Part shown: piece after piece, positions 19,704-28,083 of the stretch
How the letters are laid out: the number at the start of each line of letters is the position of its first letter
Numbering within the stretch: position 1 is the first letter of the stretch
Source: a virus
DNA length: 64,000 bases
Direction: 5' to 3' (one strand)
Virus record (IMG/VR): IMGVR_UViG_3300028029_000002
Span: 1 to 64,000 of that record
The notes under the pieces: generated by a model
The model's database searches: none
Told to the model about the DNA's origin: nothing
Seen by the model: only the letters and a program-made list of their open reading frames with translations
Program-made: the position numbers and the translations under genes

Positions 19704-20408
19704 GCGTGTTCCCGTTCGTATCTAGCTGCTATCTCGCGGTTGAGTTCAGCTAGTTTGGCGGCTTCCACCTCAAGTTGAAAGGCGGCTTCATAGTACATGG
19801 AGAGAACGTGCGGAAGCTCTAAATATGGGGTCGGTGCGGATTTGTTATGTTGATAGAGCACCCATTCGTAGGGCACTCTATCAACAGATTCGGGTTCATT
19901 TAGTATTTTTTCTACCGTAGCTTTGAAGTGGTCTATTCGTTGTGTCAGTTTCTTCGTCTCGAAACGGATCCCATGTTGGGTTGGCCCGCCATACCACTTC
20001 CATGATCATGTCCCGAATTGAATACTTTTTCATGTCGACTTTTCCATCTTTTGGTCGCCATGTCATCATCTGTTTGTCGAGATCGGTTAACCCCCACACC
20101 TTCCGGTATTCCGTGAATGTCAGAGATTCCTTGAAGATCAAATCGCCGTTCTCGTCAACGATGTCGGTTTCAACGGACGCGCAGAAAGCGTCAACCATGC
20201 TACGATAAAGGGCGGGGAGCATTGAAACTTTGTAACTCCCATCGTTGTCAGACGCGGGACTCCAAGTGTTAGTCAAAAGCTCTCCGCGTCTGATGTTCAA
20301 CTCAGAGCTTGCTTGCTTAGCCTGAATGGTGATCGTGTCTCCACTGTCGAGTGTGAATATCTGCGTAGCGGTTAGTGGTACGTCTAGCTTATGGATTAGT
20401 ACAGCCAT
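19700..20408 (-). CDS. putative +1 frameshift fusion product of the chaperone gene (G-T-like)
   Basis: An A6 run (plus-strand T6 at 19906-19911) lies 3 codons before the stop. The +1 frame stays open for about 70 codons (ILNEPESVDRVPYEW...ARYEREHA) and ends in an ATGA overlap with the TMP start codon. Confidence 0.35.
19896..20408 (-). CDS. tail assembly chaperone-like protein (170 aa)
   Basis: RBS AAGGAG. Lies directly upstream of the tape measure. An A6 run sits near its stop, and an open overlapping frame continues to the TMP start. Confidence 0.55.
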   Translation of the reverse strand: MAVLIHKLDVPLTATQIFTLDSGDTITIQAKQASSELNIRRGELLTNTWSPASDNDGSYKVSMLPALYRSMVDAFCASVETDIVDENGDLIFKESLTFTEYRKVWGLTDLDKQMMTWRPKDGKVDMKKYSIRDMIMEVVWRANPTWDPFRDEETDTTNRPLQSYGRKNTK

Positions 20409-20436
20409 TTTTATCTCCTTGCAATGTGATATTGTG

Positions 20437-20445
20437 ATTGTATCA
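20437..20445 (-). promoter_or_regulatory. extended -10 promoter element TGATACAAT
   Basis: Minus strand reads gtgTGATACAATcaca 28 nt upstream of ATG 20408. The same motif lies upstream of terL. Confidence 0.4.
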
Positions 20446-20456
20446 CACTTTTGGGA

Positions 20457-20726
20457 TTAGAAGAAGTACGCGCTGTCTTCCTCCGCATCTGGCATAACCA
20501 CCATCACTCCACTCCCCGTTGCGCGGAAGCTGCTTAACGCCCGTTGTTTCAGGTGGAATATAGTGTTCGCCGCGACATCAATACCTTGAGCCGGGGCTGT
20601 GACCGGATCGCTTCCCCACCATAATTTAGCAGAACTTTTCACTTGAATGGTTGCTCCATACATACCTGCGGCCCCAGGGACGATGCTGTCTTCCGGATCG
20701 GATGTTAGCGTAATTGCTATTGACAT
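20457..20726 (-). CDS. hypothetical small structural protein (89 aa)
   Basis: RBS GAGGTG; lies between the major tail candidate and the chaperone. Confidence 0.6.
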   Translation of the reverse strand: MSIAITLTSDPEDSIVPGAAGMYGATIQVKSSAKLWWGSDPVTAPAQGIDVAANTIFHLKQRALSSFRATGSGVMVVMPDAEEDSAYFF

Positions 20727-20738
20727 AGTTCACCTCAA

Positions 20739-20758
20739 ATAGTTCGCATGCGAACTAT
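20739..20758. repeat. palindrome copy 2 (ATAGTTCGCATGCGAACTAT, perfect 20 bp)
   Basis: Read directly; intergenic between 20800..23091 and 20457..20726. Adjacent to hairpin ATGGGCTAC/GTAGCCCAT at 20757-20780. Confidence 0.9.
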
Positions 20759-20799
20759 GGGCTACATAACGGTAGCCCATAGTGCATACGAGAGTTAAG

Positions 20800-23091
20800 T
20801 TACGGAGTTTGTGGGACATCGTCGCCGTAGGGGGTGGAGCGGGAGTTGGTGATGGTGATAACGGAATAGTGAGATTCAATAACAAACGTGTCGCCGGTGG
20901 CAGGAGCGGTAATCCACGGACGTTGCGGGATGACAGTACCTTCGCTCGTGCCGTCACGATACCCGGCAATGAAACGAACTTGCCCGGCCCCGTTCCCGGA
21001 TGTGATGCGGATAAACTTCCCGATCACGTCGTCTTCGGATAAGGCGTCGAGGTCTGCGTGGGTCAACGCGCCGGTGACAATGTTAGCGTCTGCCGCCAAA
21101 GTCATCGGGCCGTAAATCGGGTTATTCGTACCACAGGGCTGAACGGGGCGACCGACGAACTCAAGTTCAACAATGTCGTTACCCTGCAACCTCGGAGCAC
21201 CCTGCAATTCCCAGACAGTCTCCGGGAAGTACCCCTCGATACCGAACACTTCATTCGTTCCGGTAATCTTTTGCGGAGACACACAACGGAAGTAGCTATC
21301 GGATTTGAACACATCAGGAGAGAACCGACGCATCACCTGAGTAATGCTTCCACCCGTTGCAATCAAGGAGAACAGTTCGTGAGAACGTACGCGATAGGTG
21401 TAGCGCAACTCCGCGCTGGCTCCTTGAACCGTGATGTCGTCCTGCTCATAAGCACCGACCAACATCTCTTGGGCTGCGTCCAATGCCTGATACGCATAAT
21501 TCACGGTCAACTGGCGAACCGGCAACTTCCGACCGGCAAAAGGTTCCTTGAATGTCTTGAAGACACTTTCGGGAATAGAGGTTTTTGGAATAGTGATGGG
21601 ACACTCAGCCTCAAGCCAATTCACGTCAACTTCTTCCATGAAAATAGCGTAAGCCATAGCAGATGTAGGAGCCAGAGCAAAAGAGCCGTCAACATGGGCC
21701 GTAGTAGTCCCGGCAACAATACCGGAGATTACATACATACCCACGGAATCGCCGTTAGCATCCCACACCTCGATCCAGTGACCCTTGTACAAATCATCGG
21801 TCGTGAAGGCCGCACTGTCCACAACGCTGGTGAGCGTGCCACCAGTCGGGTGCGTAGAATCCAAGATGATGTAGTAGTCGCCATTTTCGCACTCTTCAAA
21901 CATTTCGCCATCAACGCGCAATACGTAGTTACCATCAGAATCAACGACCTTCTGATTTACACGGCGCGTACCTTTGCCGAGGATACTAATCCAGTCGTTC
22001 ACGTTAACAGCAGCGTACACGTCAGGCTGTACGTAAATTTGGCGGATGTTCCCACCAAGAGCTTGCGCACCCAGCGCATACATCGCGCCGGACGACACGA
22101 CAACGGCAGGTGGTTCAAATGTGATTACGGTTGCGGTATTCGTAGTAACCGTTCGCCAGCCCACACCTTCAATATAGACACCGGCGCCGACGAGAGAATC
22201 AACGGCGTAAGAAGCCGCACTGTCAGTCAGGGTTGTCGCCGTCGTGTCTGCCGTGGTCGCGGCCCACATCGGAGCATCAACCAAGTAGTCAGTTCCGGTC
22301 GCAATCAGAGCACTGGCAGCGGGGCTGAACGTAATCTCAGTCGTGGTGTGGGAAACGATAGTTCTCCACCCCACGCCGTCAATATAAACGCGCATCCCCA
22401 CAAGCCCCACGAAGTTGGCGGTCGAATCAATCAACGTGTTAACTGTACCGTCAGAGTCCGTAGTGCTCATTGTGGTCGCAGAAGTGGGGGCCTTCGGGCC
22501 AATCAAACTAGAGCGATCAACAAACTTCATCGCTCCGTTAATCCCGAACACCCGTGCCCGCTGGTTAATATCCACCGTCATCAATCCAGCGGCAGGAATA
22601 TTCAGGACCGCCGAGATAATACGGGAATCCTCGTGAACCTCAAGTGCGTCCGAGGCCGGGCCGATACCGGGCAAGTACTTGAAGAAGGAAAGCCACGGCA
22701 AATTACCGGCCCGTGAACTTTCGTCCAGCATAAACGAGTGCTCGCCAATCCCCGTGCCTTCATACTCAGACAGGATCGCGCCGCTCAAAGCGTATAGAAT
22801 CCACCCGAAAGTGTCTTCCATACGTGGTTGCAAGGTATAAGACCCAGCGACGTTGTACCCCGCACGATACGCGCCCGTGGGGAACATCGTCCCGCCAATT
22901 TCAGCCTCAAGCATCCGCTGGTCAATTTGCGGGGACACATCAACAGTCGTGGCATTGAAAGTTAATATATTGCCACCAGTTGGGTAGTACGTAATAGCAT
23001 CGGGGGACGGAGAACCGTCCTTCGACAAGTACCCCAAACGGTTACTTTGTAACAAAAAACCCATCCTTCCTTTAGTCGAGATCAGAGCCAT
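20800..23091 (-). CDS. major tail (tube) protein candidate with four inserted ~55-aa repeats (763 aa)
   Basis: Lies after two connector-sized genes and before the chaperone and TMP. Internal repeats include DSTANFVGLVGMRVYIDGVGWRTIVSHTTTEITF and DSAASYAVDSLVGAGVYIEGVGWRTVTTNTATVITF. Confidence 0.45.
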   Translation of the reverse strand: MALISTKGRMGFLLQSNRLGYLSKDGSPSPDAITYYPTGGNILTFNATTVDVSPQIDQRMLEAEIGGTMFPTGAYRAGYNVAGSYTLQPRMEDTFGWILYALSGAILSEYEGTGIGEHSFMLDESSRAGNLPWLSFFKYLPGIGPASDALEVHEDSRIISAVLNIPAAGLMTVDINQRARVFGINGAMKFVDRSSLIGPKAPTSATTMSTTDSDGTVNTLIDSTANFVGLVGMRVYIDGVGWRTIVSHTTTEITFSPAASALIATGTDYLVDAPMWAATTADTTATTLTDSAASYAVDSLVGAGVYIEGVGWRTVTTNTATVITFEPPAVVVSSGAMYALGAQALGGNIRQIYVQPDVYAAVNVNDWISILGKGTRRVNQKVVDSDGNYVLRVDGEMFEECENGDYYIILDSTHPTGGTLTSVVDSAAFTTDDLYKGHWIEVWDANGDSVGMYVISGIVAGTTTAHVDGSFALAPTSAMAYAIFMEEVDVNWLEAECPITIPKTSIPESVFKTFKEPFAGRKLPVRQLTVNYAYQALDAAQEMLVGAYEQDDITVQGASAELRYTYRVRSHELFSLIATGGSITQVMRRFSPDVFKSDSYFRCVSPQKITGTNEVFGIEGYFPETVWELQGAPRLQGNDIVELEFVGRPVQPCGTNNPIYGPMTLAADANIVTGALTHADLDALSEDDVIGKFIRITSGNGAGQVRFIAGYRDGTSEGTVIPQRPWITAPATGDTFVIESHYSVITITNSRSTPYGDDVPQTP

Positions 23092-23638
23092 AATATTTAC
23101 TCCTATAAGGGTTGTAATAAGCGGACGCCTCCCAGAACACGAAGTACGTCCATATCCATGACTTGTCGCCGCCCTGTTCTTTTACATCAACATGATCAAC
23201 GACAATATCCATAACTGACCACCGTCCGTCTGTACTAGAGAACACGTCCGGCATTACATTGATAATGTCCTGCGTCTGAGCTTTGTAATACTCGGCTTCG
23301 ACCAGGGCTTCCTCGCGTGCCTTCTTACTGCGGGCGAAGTTGAATTGTAGATGAGCTACGCCGCGCAATAACCAAGCTTGGTTTCCACCAATCTCGTCAT
23401 CTGCCATTTTGAACCTGCGTTTGTCTGTAGGGACGGTGGCATAACGCCGGTCAATCCATCCACTGCTCAGAGATGACGGATCCATGTCCCGTAGCGTGAT
23501 CGCCTGAACGGTTTTCACTGGAGATGCGTGTAGCGGGCCTTTCTTGATAATCCCGGTATCGTTTCCTAGCGCGTCTTGTAACGCTTTTAGCATACGATCC
23601 GAAATATCAACCTTCACGCTGTTAACGATTTCGGCCAT
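23072..23638 (-). CDS. head-tail connector/completion-like protein (188 aa)
   Basis: Position between the capsid and tail genes; overlapping ends. Confidence 0.45.
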   Translation of the reverse strand: MAEIVNSVKVDISDRMLKALQDALGNDTGIIKKGPLHASPVKTVQAITLRDMDPSSLSSGWIDRRYATVPTDKRRFKMADDEIGGNQAWLLRGVAHLQFNFARSKKAREEALVEAEYYKAQTQDIINVMPDVFSSTDGRWSVMDIVVDHVDVKEQGGDKSWIWTYFVFWEASAYYNPYRSKYYGSDLD

Positions 23639-24269
23639 AAGTACCTCTCGGATTAGGTAACATCAGTTCCCGTTTCTGTTTAGGCCAGTGGCGCATTTCC
23701 TCTTCGTATTGATCGCGCAGGAATTTAATTGCAAGGATAAGCGGAATGTCTTCCGGATTCCCACTATCAAGCCCTGTGTTGAATTGGTTTAGCGTGCTGT
23801 CAGATATTACTTTAGGGAACTGCATGTAGGCTGATGATAACAACAAAACACCCTTGACCGACCAGGCCGGAATCGGGATAATCAGATTCTTATCTTCCGG
23901 GTCAATGATTTGCGGGTAATACGAGTAGTAAAAGACTTGCACTTCGCCCGTGAAGTTAACGAAATGCAATGTGCCAGACGGAAATTCGTACCAACCCAAC
24001 GCATCATCATCATCATCGGGGATGGACGGATAGCGAATCATCAACAAGCCTTCGCCAACCGCCCGTACCCCGTGCATTTGAAGATAGTCGGACGGCATCA
24101 ACAACGACCCCGTATTGGTTACGGTGGCGTTATAGATTCCACCGTAAGCCCAATGCGAAGCCAGTGTGCGCAATGCTGCATTGACTGAGGATACACCGTT
24201 TGACTCCGGCAACGTATCTTCGTCAATTTCGGCTGCTATCAGCCGCTCCAACTCTCCCCAAGTTAACAT
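23622..24269 (-). CDS. head-tail adaptor-like protein (215 aa)
   Basis: Immediately downstream of the capsid candidate, start abutting its stop. Confidence 0.45.
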   Translation of the reverse strand: MLTWGELERLIAAEIDEDTLPESNGVSSVNAALRTLASHWAYGGIYNATVTNTGSLLMPSDYLQMHGVRAVGEGLLMIRYPSIPDDDDDALGWYEFPSGTLHFVNFTGEVQVFYYSYYPQIIDPEDKNLIIPIPAWSVKGVLLLSSAYMQFPKVISDSTLNQFNTGLDSGNPEDIPLILAIKFLRDQYEEEMRHWPKQKRELMLPNPRGTYGRNR

Positions 24270-25828
24270 TAGAACGTCAGTGCCGCCGCGCGATTACCGA
24301 AGCTGCCAGCGCAGAAGTAAACCTCGTAGAGATCAGGGTTCCACACATTCGGCGCACCGCGCATATTCCAGGACATGCGCCACATTGCCTCGAAATCGTC
24401 AACGGGCACTGGTTCGTGGAACTTCACCTTTTGCGTCATAGCAAATACGTGAGCACCACGCGCCGCGTTGATGACTACGGGGTGAATATGTTGTGCTTTG
24501 GTCAAGAAGGCAACGACACTCCGGTCTGCCGTGATCGTTGTGGTTGTTCCGTTAGCGGAGTCCGCAATAGGAACAGATGCGCCACTCGCCGCAATCTCGG
24601 TGGTGTAATCGAGCAATACTGGGGTGCGGAAGGTGATCTTCGTCAAGGCGTCCCCGCTTTCGGTGACATTCTCAACGCTTTCAACTTCCAACGTATGCGT
24701 CATGCCATCGTACCATGCGACGCCGTAGTTGATGCCGAAATAATCGTAACCCAGCGTCCCAGAAGGCAACGTTTGGACGGTGTGCAAGGTAACTCGCTCG
24801 CCCGGCACAATGGTTCCCGCTGCAAGTTGCGACACTAGAATATAGTGCATCGCCTTGTCTGAACCGAGGCCAACATATTGATACCCATCTACTGCCCGTA
24901 CCTCCGGGTCTGGTGCGCCATCATTAGCCACGATACCGCTATCAGTTCCACGAGTTGCAACAAAATTCGTGTCCGTTGATAGATACTTATATACCAACGC
25001 CTGCGCATCAACCATGCCGGAGTTCCACAGCGCAGATACATCCCACGGCCCCTCAGCAAAGGTAAAGCCCTTGTAGTCAATTTGGCTTCCGCGCACCAAC
25101 AAGCGAGGATCGCGCAAGGTGCGTAAGTCAACCATGAAGTCGTTCTTTTGGTTCCACAAGTCATGAATGACACCGGGGGTGGTCATCGCAAGCAGTTGCC
25201 CGGCTTTACCGGGGATTGGTTGCAAGTATGTACCATACTGTTGCATAGTCGCCTGAACTCGTGCGCTCAAGCGGAGTTTGATTTGCCCAAGCATGGACAA
25301 TTGGAATGTGCTTTGGGTGTCCCGGCCAATATCGGCGAAGGAACTACCTTGCCCTTGCGGGCCGTAGAATTGATGTAACGCACGACGCAGGAATTGATTG
25401 CGTGCAATATGTTCCATCGTCCAGACTACGGAGTAGCCAAGTTGCTGTGCGGCAACCGACATCAGCAACTGTTCTTTGCTGATACCACCTTCAATCCACT
25501 GGTTCAACAATGGGTCGAGGTCGTGCATTTGAACTTTTTGCCCGTAGTGTTTGTGGCCCGTCAGTTTCTTGTTTCTCGATCCCCAGGTCATAGGATCAAC
25601 ATAAAGCTGACGAGTCCCAATCGGATTCGCGTTAACCATTCCCGGCAAAGCCTCAAAAGCTGTGACCGTATTCTTTTCCGGTGATGCTTTCAGGTCAACG
25701 TATTGCAACATCGGCGACCAGAAAGCGGCTTTGTGAAAGCCGGTAGCTAGAATCGCGTCATAGACATCCCATTGGTTTCTATCGAATACCTCAACGGGAT
25801 TCGCGCTGTAATAAGCGTCAAGTGACAT
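24269..25828 (-). CDS. major capsid protein candidate (519 aa)
   Basis: RBS GGAGG; directly follows a coiled-coil scaffold-like gene. Call rests on size and position in the head module. Confidence 0.6.
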   Translation of the reverse strand: MSLDAYYSANPVEVFDRNQWDVYDAILATGFHKAAFWSPMLQYVDLKASPEKNTVTAFEALPGMVNANPIGTRQLYVDPMTWGSRNKKLTGHKHYGQKVQMHDLDPLLNQWIEGGISKEQLLMSVAAQQLGYSVVWTMEHIARNQFLRRALHQFYGPQGQGSSFADIGRDTQSTFQLSMLGQIKLRLSARVQATMQQYGTYLQPIPGKAGQLLAMTTPGVIHDLWNQKNDFMVDLRTLRDPRLLVRGSQIDYKGFTFAEGPWDVSALWNSGMVDAQALVYKYLSTDTNFVATRGTDSGIVANDGAPDPEVRAVDGYQYVGLGSDKAMHYILVSQLAAGTIVPGERVTLHTVQTLPSGTLGYDYFGINYGVAWYDGMTHTLEVESVENVTESGDALTKITFRTPVLLDYTTEIAASGASVPIADSANGTTTTITADRSVVAFLTKAQHIHPVVINAARGAHVFAMTQKVKFHEPVPVDDFEAMWRMSWNMRGAPNVWNPDLYEVYFCAGSFGNRAAALTF

Positions 25829-25840
25829 TGTATGCCTCCA

Positions 25841-26446
25841 TTATTTTCTGATGACGGCCATTCGTTCGGAGGACAACCGCATTACGGTATTAGTGTCTCC
25901 GCTAAAGATAGCCTGTTGAATTTCGTTGTCGATCTCGTCAAGAGTGCGAGCTTTCCCGAAGGCCGCCGCACCGTTCTGTGTCGGAGGTTGCTGCGGTAAC
26001 GCGGACTCCTCCTCCTTCTTGGCCTCCGGTTGCGCAACAGGTTCGGGTTTAACCTCGTCCGATTGCGGCGCGGGTTTCAAGAAGGCTTCGAGTTTAGGTA
26101 AAGACTCCGCCAGTTCCTCGACGGGCAGGGTGCTTGACAATACTAAGTCGCGCACAGCCGCACTGCTCATAAGTTCCGCATGATCGGCGAGGGCGGACAG
26201 TCTTTCGTACTTCTTGCGAGCGGCTTCTAACTCTGGGATAGCCTCAAGTCGTTTGGCTTGCTCTTCCAGCTTCGTCGTGAGATCGGTAACGATCTTTGAT
26301 TCTTCGGTTAATCGTTGCTGTAGTTGTTCCTGCGTGCCTTTGTATCCATTGACGGCATCTGCATGCTTGGCAATAGCGGCTTCCGCTTTGCTTAACTGAG
26401 CAACGAGTTCATCGAGTTTTTCTTGAGTAAGGTCTTTCAACTTCAT
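25841..26446 (-). CDS. scaffolding-like protein (201 aa)
   Basis: A/E/K/L-rich helical sequence; RBS AAGGAG; immediately upstream of the capsid candidate. Confidence 0.55.
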   Translation of the reverse strand: MKLKDLTQEKLDELVAQLSKAEAAIAKHADAVNGYKGTQEQLQQRLTEESKIVTDLTTKLEEQAKRLEAIPELEAARKKYERLSALADHAELMSSAAVRDLVLSSTLPVEELAESLPKLEAFLKPAPQSDEVKPEPVAQPEAKKEEESALPQQPPTQNGAAAFGKARTLDEIDNEIQQAIFSGDTNTVMRLSSERMAVIRK

Positions 26447-26661
26447 GATTCTCCTTTGAATGTCACGGCCTGTTCGGTCATGGCTCTATTGGCATCTCTA
26501 GTGATCGCCTGTTGTGCTTGGACTATAACGTCCGACCAGCCATTCTCACGGGCCGCATCGAGAATGATGTGCAATACTCGGATTGCCGGGATTCTCTTCG
26601 CGTGCCGTTGTGTAATAGCAAGCAAGGCATTACGTCGTGTGCTTACGTCAATTCCATACAT
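26443..26661 (-). CDS. hypothetical protein (72 aa)
   Basis: ORF packed within the head module, overlapping the scaffold gene start. Confidence 0.5.
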   Translation of the reverse strand: MYGIDVSTRRNALLAITQRHAKRIPAIRVLHIILDAARENGWSDVIVQAQQAITRDANRAMTEQAVTFKGES

Positions 26662-26666
26662 ACGAA

Positions 26667-27044
26667 TTAACCAAACGCAACAATACGCACGTGCGCGGTT
26701 TGGTCTCCGGCTGGAAGTTCAACAGTCAGGGCGAATGGGGACGCAACGCTCATGCCGGGATTGTCTAGCCCGGTAGCGAAGAATGGATACGCTCCCAAAA
26801 CTGCGGTTTCGCCGGTGGCCGTGGTGACGTTCGCCACAACGCCATCGCGGTCAGATTTCACCAAAATGAACTTTGCTTTAGATGCCACACCTAACTGCGC
26901 AAGAATTGCCTCAAGCGCAATGGCGGAAGCCCCAGGCGCAACGTTGAGCGTTTGCTGGGCCAGTTCGTTGTATTCGGTTGCGTGGGTGACGTTTTCAGTA
27001 ACGTCGTTACTCGCAATACCTAATGTAATATTAGCAGTAGCCAT
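26667..27044 (-). CDS. hypothetical head-module protein (125 aa), paralog of 27055..27468
   Basis: RBS AAGGAG. Shared C-terminal block LGAYPFFATG...GMSVASPF...TAHVRIVAFG. Confidence 0.65.
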   Translation of the reverse strand: MATANITLGIASNDVTENVTHATEYNELAQQTLNVAPGASAIALEAILAQLGVASKAKFILVKSDRDGVVANVTTATGETAVLGAYPFFATGLDNPGMSVASPFALTVELPAGDQTAHVRIVAFG

Positions 27045-27054
27045 GTTTCACTCC

Positions 27055-27468
27055 TTAATAAAAAGCTATAACTCGCAGGTGCGCGGTCTCATCGCTTGCA
27101 GCTACGGGTAAAACTACGCCAAATTCAAATGGAGTCGCAACGCTCATACCGGCCTCGGACGCGGTAAAGAAGAATGGATACGCGCCAGTCACAACGATGT
27201 TGTCATCGTCAGTTGCTAAGTCAGCCATAGTTTTAAGCTGAACGAGCACTCCATCAATATCAGATGATACAAACAACGCCTTGATCTTCGTCGGCGCCCC
27301 CATCTGAGCCAAAATCGCGGTTAGGTCAGTAACCGTATCGTCCGGTTTCAGGTTAAGGCGATGGTCTAGTTTCTCGGCAAAATCAAAAGTTTTATCGACT
27401 TCATGTTCGCCGACAACCACACCACCATCCGTATCCGTGAGAACCATGTGCATTCTTGTCTGTGGCAT
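27055..27468 (-). CDS. hypothetical head-module protein (137 aa), paralog of 26667..27044
   Basis: Shared block VTGAYPFFFT...GMSVATPF...TAHLRVIAFY. Confidence 0.65.
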   Translation of the reverse strand: MPQTRMHMVLTDTDGGVVVGEHEVDKTFDFAEKLDHRLNLKPDDTVTDLTAILAQMGAPTKIKALFVSSDIDGVLVQLKTMADLATDDDNIVVTGAYPFFFTASEAGMSVATPFEFGVVLPVAASDETAHLRVIAFY

Positions 27469-27821
27469 TAACTAGCCTCCTTTGCTATCACGAGGCGGAT
27501 TTCAGTACCGGAATCCGCAGACACAAGAATACCCTTAGGAAAGAACCCATGCACAAAGAAGAAGTCTGTGACGTGCCCCTCAATGCTGATACCGTAGTAT
27601 ACGGTGATGGGTTTGCTCGCCCGTAGGTAAATAAGATTTGCTCCAATCGTCATTGCCATTTGTTTACGCTTCAATAGTCCGGTAGTCATTACGTCAATAA
27701 CATGCTCGGACATTTGCATCTTCAAGGCAATGTCGTCAAGATGAAAAGGGCCTTCTTGCGCATCACGAGTGATGCGCATCTGCCCGGTTACTTCAAGTAG
27801 TTGCGGTGGGGTATCAGCCAT
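27468..27821 (-). CDS. hypothetical protein (117 aa)
   Basis: ORF packed between the portal and scaffold genes. Confidence 0.55.
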   Translation of the reverse strand: MADTPPQLLEVTGQMRITRDAQEGPFHLDDIALKMQMSEHVIDVMTTGLLKRKQMAMTIGANLIYLRASKPITVYYGISIEGHVTDFFFVHGFFPKGILVSADSGTEIRLVIAKEAS

Positions 27822-28083
27822 TGTTTACGTACCTGAAAATACCAACGAGTGCGCCTTTGGTGACAGATATTACCTTGACGCTCATTCCCGGCAGGATTTT
27901 CGTTCCACCAGCAGGAATCACTATATCGAAGTCTGACGTACTGATCGCTGTCTTTACGTCCCGCATACATACCAATATATCGTCCGCTGCTTCACCGCTC
28001 GAAATTACAACATCTCGCGGTTGTGACGAAGCGAACTCATAAAAGTCATTCAGCGTTCCCGTTGTCTTGATCGGCTTTTCCAT
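27814..28083 (-). CDS. hypothetical protein (89 aa)
   Basis: ORF overlapping the portal 3' end. Confidence 0.5.
   Translation of the reverse strand: MEKPIKTTGTLNDFYEFASSQPRDVVISSGEAADDILVCMRDVKTAISTSDFDIVIPAGGTKILPGMSVKVISVTKGALVGIFRYVNNG

Noticed and set aside
19903-19913. Canonical -1 slippery heptamer A_AAA_AAT at the end of the chaperone gene.
   Set aside because: A -1 shift reads AAA-AAA-TAC-TAA and stops after two codons. Only the +1 (or -2) frame is open through to the TMP start.
20730-20969. 79-aa minus-strand ORF covering palindrome copy 2.
   Set aside because: It overlaps the 3' end of the 763-aa gene in another frame and has no RBS. It is probably an artefact of the open palindrome.
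21058-22716. 552-aa plus-strand ORF, plus many 60-210-aa plus-strand ORFs across 9.3-19.7 kb and minus-strand ORFs across 40.2-42.3 kb.
   Set aside because: They lie antisense within long, well-supported genes (major tail candidate, TMP, RNAP). They are Arg/Ser/Pro-rich, as is typical of shadow ORFs, and lack RBS and operon logic.
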